Source: Pseudomonadota bacterium
GTDB lineage: Bacteria; Desulfobacterota; Desulfobacteria; Desulfobacterales; C00003060
DNA length: 31,720 bases
Direction of reading: 5' to 3'
NCBI GenBank assembly: GCA_015222985.1
Contig: JADFWI010000071.1
Location: 1 to 31,720 of the forward strand
The first letter of the stretch is position 1, and the number at the start of each line of letters is the position of its first letter. Below, in pieces: positions 8,192 through 16,332 of the stretch. The position numbers were made by a program, and so were the translations under genes. The notes below the pieces were generated by a model, which searched no databases, was not told the origin of the DNA, and was given only the letters and a program-made list of their open reading frames with translations.

Positions 8192-8204
8192 ATTACGAAT
8201 TGTA

Positions 8205-8489
8205 TCAGGTTCGTTTGCGCGTCCTGTCAAGCGATGGGCGAAATTTTCCCCGAACTCCCCCGATTTTCTTGTCTGCCTTCTTGTGTTTGTCATAGTCAGG
8301 ATCCCTCAGGATCTTGCGCTCGACGTCCTTGACTCTGGCCTTTTGCATCTGTTCCAAAATCTTTTCTTCCTTGGGCCGAATAGCCTTCTTGACCTTTTCC
8401 GTCTCCTCTTTTGCCTTCTTGACCTTGTTGAGTTCTCTGGTGATTTCCGGCCTCAGGGAAGATTCAGTTTTCTCCTTCTTCTTTGTCAT
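8205..8489 (-). CDS. Small, very basic hypothetical protein (94 aa)
   Basis: AGAGGTG precedes the ATG. Fills the gap between malQ and HIT on the same strand. 34 of 94 residues are K/R by hand count. Confidence 0.65.
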   Translation of the reverse strand: MTKKKEKTESSLRPEITRELNKVKKAKEETEKVKKAIRPKEEKILEQMQKARVKDVERKILRDPDYDKHKKADKKIGGVRGKFRPSLDRTRKRT

Positions 8490-8539
8490 GACACACCTCT
8501 ATGTTGGCAGTTTCTTGGTAACTTTTCAATAATATGGGG

Positions 8540-10822
8540 TTACGGCAACCGCGCTGCCGGAACTTCTCGAGTTATTTCCTTTCGCCCTGATCTGTCTATC
8601 CAGGTGCGAAACATCTCGCAAAAACCCATCGCCTTCGGGTCCATGCGAAGTTGTTCCAGGCCATACTTCATTTTCAGGGACCAATTCGGGTATTCATTGG
8701 TGGTTCCCGGCAGATTTTGCTGCCTGTCATCCTTAAGCAGGTCTTCCTGGCTCAACACAAAGAGCTTGGCCGACGCCAGGGCAAGAAAGCCCACCACGGC
8801 ATTGTGAATCTCACCAGTAATCTCAGGATAGGCCTTTGGGTCTGTGCCACACTCAACAGAAAGAAGGCCCATCTCATGCAGCAGCTTCAGCAACTTCTCC
8901 TTGTCTGCCTCCCTTTCAGCAGCAGCCCCGGCAATAGCCTGTTTGTTTTCGAACATCCCTGCATCCTTGCGAATCTCGATGTCCCTGTGCGTCCAGAATC
9001 CGGCCAGGGTGGGCAGATCGTGGGTGGCAGCCGTAACTAAGGCCAGTTCGGGATAATCCGTCGTCCGAATGAAGTTCTCCTGATCATCCTTTTCAAAATA
9101 GAGGAGCCTATAGGAGAAGACGTTCGCTTCAGTCAGTCTTTTGCGTATGTACGGTGGCACGGTTCCGAGGTCTTCACCAATGATGACCACCTTGCTTCGC
9201 ACGCTCTCCAAGGCAAGAATCATGAGCAAATCCTCAAAGGGCTGTGACACATAAGCCCCTTTTCCCGGGGGCTCCCCCTCAGGTATGTAGTAAAGATGAA
9301 AAAACCTCATAACATGATCAATTCGCAAGGCCCCTCCAAAGGAGCAATTCTTCCGAATCTCTTTGACAAATAGGTCATAGCCGCTTTCTCGGAACCTTTC
9401 TGTGTTGGGGGGAGGGAAACCCCAGTCCTGACCGTGTTGTGAGAATGCGTCCGGAGGAGCTCCCACCCGGGCATTGGGAACAAAATAGTCCTGATAGGCC
9501 CAGAAGTCAGCGCCGAACCGGTCGATGGCCAATGCCAGATCATGGTACAGGCCGATACACATCCCCTGTGTCTTTGCATAGTCCTGGACTTGAGCAAGCT
9601 GTTCCTCTAACTGCCATTGCACATATTTGTAGAAAAGGACCTCCTGCCAGTGTTCCTCTCGAAATTGCCGGACTGCTTCCGTGTCAGGCCGGTGATATTC
9701 CGGGGGCCATTGCGGCCAAATCCATACGTTTTGATTGCCGGAGCGCATGAATGTCTCTAAAGCGCTGAAGGTGGCGAAGTGGTCCAGCAATTGGCCTTCG
9801 CTTTGGAAATAGGCTTCCAGTTCCTTTTGCCGGTTGGTTTTTTCCCCTTGCCTGTTCCAGTGGTTCTTGAGAAAGGCCTGGAAGGTCAGCCTCAAAACAT
9901 CTTCCTTGAGCGCCGCCACCCCTTCGTATTGCACCTTTTCAGATCTCCTGAACTCGGCTAGCAGCTCTTGAGTGTCTGGTGTCTCAATCAGATGCTGCGC
10001 ATCCGGCGAACATCGAAAATCCTCCAAAGCAGGAATATCCAGGTAGATAAAATTGCGGTAAAACCGGCTGATTGGGAGATAAGGGCTTATGTTATAAGGA
10101 CTACGGTTAAAGGTGGCATGGAGTGGATTTAAGCCGATAATATCTCCGTGAAGGTCTTCTGACACCCAGTCTACAATTTTTTTCAGGTCGCCAAAATCAC
10201 CGATACCCCAGTTCCTCTCGGAACGGACCCCGTAAAGGCTTATGGCAATGCCGGCAGTGCGCCCGTCTTGCTGTAACGCAGGCGGGACGTAAGTTTTATG
10301 AGGACATATGGCTACAGATATGGTCTGCGACTCATGCAAGCCTCCAGTTGTTACTGACAGATGAAACCGGTAATACCCGAGAGCATCGAGTTGTGGGAAG
10401 GGCAAACTCCATCTATAACAAACCTTGCCGGCCAGGCTTATGGAGTCGGAAAAAGACAAGTCCTTTTGAGTGTAAGAAATGCTTTGTGTCACATCCTGTT
10501 CATCAGTGATGGCTAGACAAACATCGAGGTCCTCGCTCCGTATCTCTTCCGGGCCCACAGGTACCTGAAAAATGAGTTTTCTTGGAAGGTCATAAAGATT
10601 AGCCACGATCGTAGATTCGGCAAGACGACACCACTCACCCTCCAACCGGGAACGCCACGCCCCCTTCGCCTGGCTCGTGTCATCAGCCAAGACCCCCATA
10701 GCCCTGAGAATCTTTTTCTTGGTGTCCACAGGGGTTCGATGGACTCTCCCCCAGTTGTCGCTGTATTCCGGCTCGATCCCGTAGGAAAGGGCCAATTTTT
10801 CAATGATCGATTCTTCGGACAA
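8540..10822 (-). CDS. malQ: 4-alpha-glucanotransferase (amylomaltase, GH77), long form
   Basis: 'LYGVRSERNWGIGDFGDL', 'GLNPLHA', 'SPYLPISRFYRNFIYLD', 'GLYHDLALAI', 'GAPPDAFSQHGQDWGFPP', 'ALRIDHVM', 'IIGEDLGTVP', 'QNLPGTTNEYPNW'. TTG start. Confidence 0.97.
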   Translation of the reverse strand: MSEESIIEKLALSYGIEPEYSDNWGRVHRTPVDTKKKILRAMGVLADDTSQAKGAWRSRLEGEWCRLAESTIVANLYDLPRKLIFQVPVGPEEIRSEDLDVCLAITDEQDVTQSISYTQKDLSFSDSISLAGKVCYRWSLPFPQLDALGYYRFHLSVTTGGLHESQTISVAICPHKTYVPPALQQDGRTAGIAISLYGVRSERNWGIGDFGDLKKIVDWVSEDLHGDIIGLNPLHATFNRSPYNISPYLPISRFYRNFIYLDIPALEDFRCSPDAQHLIETPDTQELLAEFRRSEKVQYEGVAALKEDVLRLTFQAFLKNHWNRQGEKTNRQKELEAYFQSEGQLLDHFATFSALETFMRSGNQNVWIWPQWPPEYHRPDTEAVRQFREEHWQEVLFYKYVQWQLEEQLAQVQDYAKTQGMCIGLYHDLALAIDRFGADFWAYQDYFVPNARVGAPPDAFSQHGQDWGFPPPNTERFRESGYDLFVKEIRKNCSFGGALRIDHVMRFFHLYYIPEGEPPGKGAYVSQPFEDLLMILALESVRSKVVIIGEDLGTVPPYIRKRLTEANVFSYRLLYFEKDDQENFIRTTDYPELALVTAATHDLPTLAGFWTHRDIEIRKDAGMFENKQAIAGAAAEREADKEKLLKLLHEMGLLSVECGTDPKAYPEITGEIHNAVVGFLALASAKLFVLSQEDLLKDDRQQNLPGTTNEYPNWSLKMKYGLEQLRMDPKAMGFCEMFRTWIDRSGRKEITREVPAARLP

Positions 10823-10931
10823 GAGCCCCCTTAGCAGTCATGCTTCCTCTACTATGTTTGATTTTTGCATCTTGATTTGATAATTGAATTGGGAACTTGC
10901 ACCTATCCCTTTTTGCACAAGGAGTTCACTT

Positions 10932-11504
10932 ATGAAAGTCACGTCATCTCCTGCTCTGCCCGAAGTAATTATTATTGAGCCCGATGTTTACAGAGACGAG
11001 CGTGGCCATTTTCTCGAAACCTATCAGGCCGGGCGGTATTTCCAATATGAGATCCCTTCCAGTTTCGTGCAGGACAACTTATCCTTTTCCGGACGAGGCG
11101 TACTGCGGGGATTGCACTATCAAATCGGCAAACCCCAGGCAAAGCTCGTCTGGGTCGTTCAAGGAGAAGCCTTTGATGTGGCTGTTGATATTCGCCGGGG
11201 TTCTCCAACCTTTGGCAAGTGGGTTGGGATAACCCTTTCTTCCGAGAAATACCGCCAGGTCTATATTCCAGAGGGCTTTGCCCACGGTTTCTGCGTGACC
11301 GGCGAATATGTAATATTAGCATATAAATGTACAGATTGCTATGCCCCGAAAGAAGAGCGTGGGATTCGATGGGATGATCCGTCATTGGCTATCGAATGGC
11401 CTGTTGCAACGCCCATTCTTTCAGATAAAGATGGCGCATATCCAACTCTGAAGGAAATCCCTCCGGAAGAACTGCCTGCCTTTAATGCAAGGCAATCAGG
11501 ATGA
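10932..11504 (+). CDS. rfbC: dTDP-4-dehydrorhamnose 3,5-epimerase
   Basis: 'DERGHFLETY', 'FVQDNLSFS', 'GVLRGLHYQ', 'DVAVDIRRGSPTFGKW', 'IPEGFAHGF'. AAGGAG precedes the ATG at 10932 (track start 10884). Confidence 0.97.
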   Translation: MKVTSSPALPEVIIIEPDVYRDERGHFLETYQAGRYFQYEIPSSFVQDNLSFSGRGVLRGLHYQIGKPQAKLVWVVQGEAFDVAVDIRRGSPTFGKWVGITLSSEKYRQVYIPEGFAHGFCVTGEYVILAYKCTDCYAPKEERGIRWDDPSLAIEWPVATPILSDKDGAYPTLKEIPPEELPAFNARQSG

Positions 11505-11972
11505 TAAAACAAGGCTTACCACGCACATGGCGGCTATTGCCTCCCCTCGTCCAATAGCGTCTATGCCCTCCATGGTCGTTGCCTTGATGTTGACACGTCC
11601 GAGTTCGATGTTAAGGAGCGTCGCGATATTGGTCTCCATGGCTCTGCAATAAGGGGCCAGCTTAGGGGCTTCGGCCAGTATAGTGGCATCCAGGTTGTTG
11701 ACAGAAAAGCCCCTTTCACGAATCATTTCGATGACTTTTGTCACAAACACTGTGCTCGAAATGTCCTTGAACTTGGGATCTGTATCCGGGAAATGACGGC
11801 CAATATCTCCCATGCCGGCTGCTCCCAGCAAGGCATCACACGTTGCATGAAACACAACGTCTGCATCAGAATGGCCCATGAGACCCTTTTCAAAAGGTAT
11901 GGTTACGCCACCGAGGACGAGCCTTCGGCCTTGTACCAACCGATGCAGATCGTATCCCAAGCCCACGCGCAT
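11496..11972 (-). CDS. ispF: 2-C-methyl-D-erythritol 2,4-cyclodiphosphate synthase
   Basis: 'MRVGLGYDLHRL', 'GHSDADV..HA.CDALLGAAG.GDIG.HFPDTDP', 'NIKATTMEG...IGRGE.IAA'. Confidence 0.98.
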   Translation of the reverse strand: MRVGLGYDLHRLVQGRRLVLGGVTIPFEKGLMGHSDADVVFHATCDALLGAAGMGDIGRHFPDTDPKFKDISSTVFVTKVIEMIRERGFSVNNLDATILAEAPKLAPYCRAMETNIATLLNIELGRVNIKATTMEGIDAIGRGEAIAAMCVVSLVLSS

Positions 11973-11996
11973 TTGGAAATTCTCTCTCATCAGATA

Positions 11997-13154
11997 TCAG
12001 GACCGGACCACAGCATCCCACGCATGCAGATGGAGTTCATTTTTTCCATATTCAGATGCATCTGAGCAATCCCCTGCAAGCCGTTCAAGAACTGTGTCAT
12101 ACCGGCTGACAACATTTTCCCACAAAAACGACCTCATTTTCTCTGCCAGCCGGATCCGAATTAATTCATACCGCTTATAATCTGAAATTATCAAAAAAAG
12201 CTTTTCCATAAGATCATGTCTGTTTTTATAAAGAAAGTGCTCATGGAACTCTTCCGGAAGTATCTCAGGATATGAAAGCCTGTCAGGCAGCAGCGGTACG
12301 CATCCCATGATCATTGCTTCTATAACGGAGATGCCGAAGTTCTCCTGCATTGCAGTGCTTATTACAACTGCACCCCGTTTAAGCCATTTCTGATACTCCT
12401 CCCGTAAAAGAATATATCCGAACTGAAGGATTTTGTCCTTAAATCTCTCTTCCGCCTGCTTAAACTCTTCAGGTATCAGGCCAAAGTTCTCTCCCATAAG
12501 CGCTATATGAAAATCAAGCCCTCTGTCATTGAGATCTTCAAGCACATTAAAAAATATTTTATAGTTCTTGTCAAACCCCCATCTGTGGTTCCAAATAATG
12601 AGGGGAGGATCTGTCTGTTTCTCAGCATCAACATCCCCGTAAGATGGCAGTGTTATGCCAGGGTATAGGACTCCAGATTTTTCACGGATTTTATCTGCCA
12701 CCCCTTTAGGCCTGAAGTCACGCCCCCTTTTTAGGAACTCCGGTACGGCATTTAGAAAAGCATCCTTATGCATTTTTGAATTAAACACAACAAGGTCGGC
12801 CACAACCGCAGTAGTAATGTTGATTATGCCTAACTGAAAGGCGCCTTTGTCGCCGGGCGGCTGCGGATAAGTCATCTGGTTTTCATGGAAATATGCCAGA
12901 ACAGGTGGGCACGGTAAACCGACAAGTGCCTTGAAATCCGCCAGATTGAAAAGATCGGTGACAATAATACCGTCATATTCTTCAAGCGGGGGGATGTTAT
13001 CTACAATATGAAGCGCGGCCCCAAGCATACGCCAGCGCCAGTTTTCTCCGGGCATGGACACAATATCAATATCATGCGAGGAGTATGTAGACAGTCCGTT
13101 CACAAAAAGCGCGTGCGAACCCTGACAGTATGTTTCCAGAAAAAGGTACTTCAA
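11997..13154 (-). CDS. DUF3524-domain GT-B glycosyltransferase, homolog of animal GTDC1/QTMAN (tRNA-queuosine alpha-mannosyltransferase)
   Basis: 'FLETYCQGSH', 'PGENWRWRM', 'YFHENQMTYP', 'ADLVVFNS', 'WNHRW..DK', 'VVISTAMQENFGISVIEA...GCVPLLPDRLSYPEILP'. TTG start with GAGGTG upstream. Confidence 0.88.
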   Translation of the reverse strand: MKYLFLETYCQGSHALFVNGLSTYSSHDIDIVSMPGENWRWRMLGAALHIVDNIPPLEEYDGIIVTDLFNLADFKALVGLPCPPVLAYFHENQMTYPQPPGDKGAFQLGIINITTAVVADLVVFNSKMHKDAFLNAVPEFLKRGRDFRPKGVADKIREKSGVLYPGITLPSYGDVDAEKQTDPPLIIWNHRWGFDKNYKIFFNVLEDLNDRGLDFHIALMGENFGLIPEEFKQAEERFKDKILQFGYILLREEYQKWLKRGAVVISTAMQENFGISVIEAMIMGCVPLLPDRLSYPEILPEEFHEHFLYKNRHDLMEKLFLIISDYKRYELIRIRLAEKMRSFLWENVVSRYDTVLERLAGDCSDASEYGKNELHLHAWDAVVRS

Positions 13155-13565
13155 AACGGTTCACCTCAGATCATGACATACCTGGACTAACTTACCTTGT
13201 TTCTTAATAATTTATGGCGCTTTTTTTATCAGGAACGAGCAGCAAAGTAAAGCCTAAAGCCCTAACTCAACATGTATCATACCACATCGATGTGACAAAT
13301 ACGGTCATGCCGATTTTGGATTTCAGATTGGGGATCAGGACTCCGTCATTGTCGAAGGTAGTCCCGTGAAATCATAGAGATTGTTCCCGGATCGTTTTTT
13401 GCTCAATTCGAATAGCACGAATTTCAGGCGTCGCAACTCCTTCTAATTTGGGAAAACCCGATCGACTTTGACGTTGCCGTGGATTGGGGATTTCAGGATT
13501 TGTCATGTCGTCCAATTCGTGCTATCAGAAAATCACTTCGTAAGCTGCAATGGAGAGGAGTTTTC

Positions 13566-15131
13566 ATGAAACCTGTTGCACTGATTATCCGCGATGGCTG
13601 GGGCTATCGCAAGGAGAGTGAAGGAAACGCTGTCAAGGCGGCAAAGACACCCAATGTGGATTCGTATCTGAGGGATTATCCATGGACGCTGATCCATGCC
13701 TCAGGGGAGCCTGTAGGGCTGCCCCCTGGCTACCAGGGATCGAGCGAGGTCGGTCACCTCAACATGGGCGCAGGGCGCATTGTCATACAGGAGCTTACGC
13801 GCATCAACGACGGAATGGTGGACGGCTCGTTTTTTCAAGCAGAGCACTTCAAAGCGCTGGTCCAAAACTGCAAGACAAACGACTCAAGGCTCCACCTCTT
13901 GGGCCTATTGCAGGACGAAGGCGTTCACGCTCACTGTGATCAATTGTTCAAAATTATGCGTACAGCCAGAAAAAGCGGTGTGGGCGATATTATTGTTCAC
14001 GTCTTCACCGACGGTCGCGACACACCGCCCCGTTCCACACTTGAATATCTCCATCAATTGAATGATGTCATGAATGACGTGGGCAATTGCCGTGTGGGTA
14101 CCCTCATGGGCCGATATTACGGCATGGACCGTTCAAAGAACTGGGACCTCACCACCACTGCTTTCGAGTGTATCGTAAACGCCACCGGTCGCAAGGCTCA
14201 AAGCCCGGAAAGTGCTGTTGAGGAGTCTTACGCGAAAGACAAGACACCCGATGACATTGAGATGTTTGACGAGTATATCCCTCCCTGTGTGGTTGGAGAC
14301 TACCGTGGAATCAGCGATGGCGACTCTGTACTCCACACGAACTTCAGACAGGATCGCGCCATTCAGCTTTCCATGGCCTTTGTTGAGGATCACTACCCGG
14401 GAAACCGCTCGCGTCGCCCAGATTGCCTGTATGTTGGCCTTAGCCGATATTATGACGAGTTTCCACGTTTCATCCTTGGAGCGATGGGCTCCGGAGGTGG
14501 CATGAAAAACCTCCTCGGTGAAGTGATCAGCAACAGGGGCTTAAAGCAACTACGCCTGGCCGAGACACAGAAATTCCGCCACGTCACCAGCTTTTTTAAC
14601 GGCAAGTCCACGCATCCCTATCCAGGGGAGGATCAGGTTGAGATAAAGAGTCAGTATGACCCCGCCACATTTGCGTCCCATCCGCAGATGAATGCCTACG
14701 ATGTGAGAGACAGGTTTTTTCAACTCGTTAAGGATGGGAGTGAATATGCGCTTATCGTCATCAACTTCGCCAACTGCGATATGGTAGGACACACTGGTGA
14801 CATGGCTGCCGCAACCAAGGCCGTCGAGGTGGTTGACGAATGCGTCGGAGACTGCATTAAGCGACTACTTGAACTGGATGGCGAAATCTTGCTTACCGCC
14901 GATCACGGAAACGCCGAGGAGATGATCGATCCAAAGACCAAACGTGTGAAGACCAGCCACACCCTCAACCCCGTTGAGCTAATCTATATCAGTAGCAAGG
15001 CCATGGGTAATAAACTCAAACCAGGAGGTAAGCTGGCCGACATTGCCCCCACGATACTCAAACTAATGAACATTGACATTCCTCCTGAAATGACGGCCAC
15101 ACAGTTGATTGAAGGCTCATATTTTCCTTGA
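13566..15131 (+). CDS. gpmI: 2,3-bisphosphoglycerate-independent phosphoglycerate mutase
   Basis: 'LIIRDGWG', 'VGLPPGYQGSSEVGHLNMGAGR', 'FTDGRDTPPRS', 'GRYYGMDR', 'NFRQDRAIQL', 'AETQKFRHVTSFFNG', 'NFANCDMVGHTG', 'TADHGNAE'. GAGAGGAG precedes ATG 13566. Confidence 0.97.
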   Translation: MKPVALIIRDGWGYRKESEGNAVKAAKTPNVDSYLRDYPWTLIHASGEPVGLPPGYQGSSEVGHLNMGAGRIVIQELTRINDGMVDGSFFQAEHFKALVQNCKTNDSRLHLLGLLQDEGVHAHCDQLFKIMRTARKSGVGDIIVHVFTDGRDTPPRSTLEYLHQLNDVMNDVGNCRVGTLMGRYYGMDRSKNWDLTTTAFECIVNATGRKAQSPESAVEESYAKDKTPDDIEMFDEYIPPCVVGDYRGISDGDSVLHTNFRQDRAIQLSMAFVEDHYPGNRSRRPDCLYVGLSRYYDEFPRFILGAMGSGGGMKNLLGEVISNRGLKQLRLAETQKFRHVTSFFNGKSTHPYPGEDQVEIKSQYDPATFASHPQMNAYDVRDRFFQLVKDGSEYALIVINFANCDMVGHTGDMAAATKAVEVVDECVGDCIKRLLELDGEILLTADHGNAEEMIDPKTKRVKTSHTLNPVELIYISSKAMGNKLKPGGKLADIAPTILKLMNIDIPPEMTATQLIEGSYFP

Positions 15132-15189
15132 CACGCAGTTCCTTTTTACGCATGTTACCATGTATGTCTTTCATCGAAAGGAGTAGAAA

Positions 15190-15603
15190 ATGACAAATGC
15201 ACAGAAAAGCAAAGTCGTTGCCAAGAAAACGGGCCCTGCTGCAAAAAGAACAACCAAGAAAAAGCCAACATCAAAAAAGGCGGATACGATGAGCGTCGGC
15301 ATCAAAAAAGAATATCTCAAGAGCAGAGATATGTGCAAAGTGACATTCAGATTGCCGAAAATCGCCGCTCCTGACGCCAAAAACGTATGCATCGTAGGAG
15401 ATTTTAATAATTGGAATGTTTACGCCAATCCCATGAAGAGGCTTAAAAATGGGGGGTACACCATTACGCTTGCGCTTAAGCCAGGAAAGGAATATCAGTT
15501 TCGTTATCTCATCGATGAGTCAAAGTGGGAAAATGATTGGAACGCAGATAAATACGTGAAAAGCCCTTTCGGAGACAGTGATAACTCAGTTATCGTAGTT
15601 TAA
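15190..15603 (+). CDS. Stand-alone CBM48 / isoamylase early-set (glycogen-binding) protein with a Lys-rich N-terminal tail
   Basis: 'IKKEYLKS..CKVTFRLP', 'IVGDFNNW....PMK', 'LKPGKEYQFRYLID...WENDWNAD'. AAAGGAG precedes ATG 15190. Confidence 0.9.
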   Translation: MTNAQKSKVVAKKTGPAAKRTTKKKPTSKKADTMSVGIKKEYLKSRDMCKVTFRLPKIAAPDAKNVCIVGDFNNWNVYANPMKRLKNGGYTITLALKPGKEYQFRYLIDESKWENDWNADKYVKSPFGDSDNSVIVV

Positions 15604-15612
15604 AGTAATATC

Positions 15613-16308
15613 TTATTTGCCCAGGAGAGCCTCCGCCATTTTTAGATCTTCAGGCGTCGTAATCTTGATGTTACCAGGGTCACCAGGTATCACCTTAACT
15701 ACCTCGCCGCACATCTCAACCAATTCGGCGTCGTCGCTACCCGCGTAATCTTCCTTCTGTGCGGCCACATGAGCGCCCAGTATAATATTGTAATAGAAAG
15801 CCTGCGGGGTCTGGGCCATACGGATCATGTGGCGTTTCATGGTAACAACCACACGGTTCTCATCATCTATGGTTTTCACAGTATCACTTGCCGGCAAGGC
15901 AAGGATGCACCCCCCGTGTTTTTCTGCTGTCTTGACACACTGCGTTATTTTTTCAATCCTGATCAAAGGGCGGACACCGTCATGAATAGCCAAGATCTCG
16001 AATCTTCCTTCAGTCGCCATTAAACCGTTGAAGACTGACTCCTGCCTTGAGCCCCCCCCCGAAACCAAATGAACCGGTTTGTGCAGTTCCAGCGTACCGA
16101 TTATCTCCTGTTGACACAGATCATAGTCCTTTTCGGCAATCACCAGAAATATCTCTTCTATGACATCACAGTTGTCAAAGGCAGACATGGTGTGCGCCAA
16201 CACAGGGCGGCTTCCCAACATCGTGTACTGCTTTTTTTGTGCCGTCCCCATACGAACGCCGTTCCCGGCAGCGACAATGACGGCAGCGACTCTATTCTGT
16301 CTGTCCAT
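15613..16308 (-). CDS. ispD: 2-C-methyl-D-erythritol 4-phosphate cytidylyltransferase
   Basis: 'IVAAGNGVRMG...KKQY', 'GGGSRQESVFNGL', 'IHDGVRPL', 'AQTPQAF', 'DDAELVE', 'NIKITTPEDL'. Confidence 0.97.
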   Translation of the reverse strand: MDRQNRVAAVIVAAGNGVRMGTAQKKQYTMLGSRPVLAHTMSAFDNCDVIEEIFLVIAEKDYDLCQQEIIGTLELHKPVHLVSGGGSRQESVFNGLMATEGRFEILAIHDGVRPLIRIEKITQCVKTAEKHGGCILALPASDTVKTIDDENRVVVTMKRHMIRMAQTPQAFYYNIILGAHVAAQKEDYAGSDDAELVEMCGEVVKVIPGDPGNIKITTPEDLKMAEALLGK

Positions 16309-16332
16309 AATGATAAGAACCGCACGCCCCTA

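Noticed and set aside
11496-11504. 9 bp convergent overlaps of rfbC/ispF (and of the FabH-like gene/proC at 31118-31126) as antisense regulation
   Set aside because: Short tail-to-tail overlaps are common in compact genomes and nothing else supports a regulatory role.
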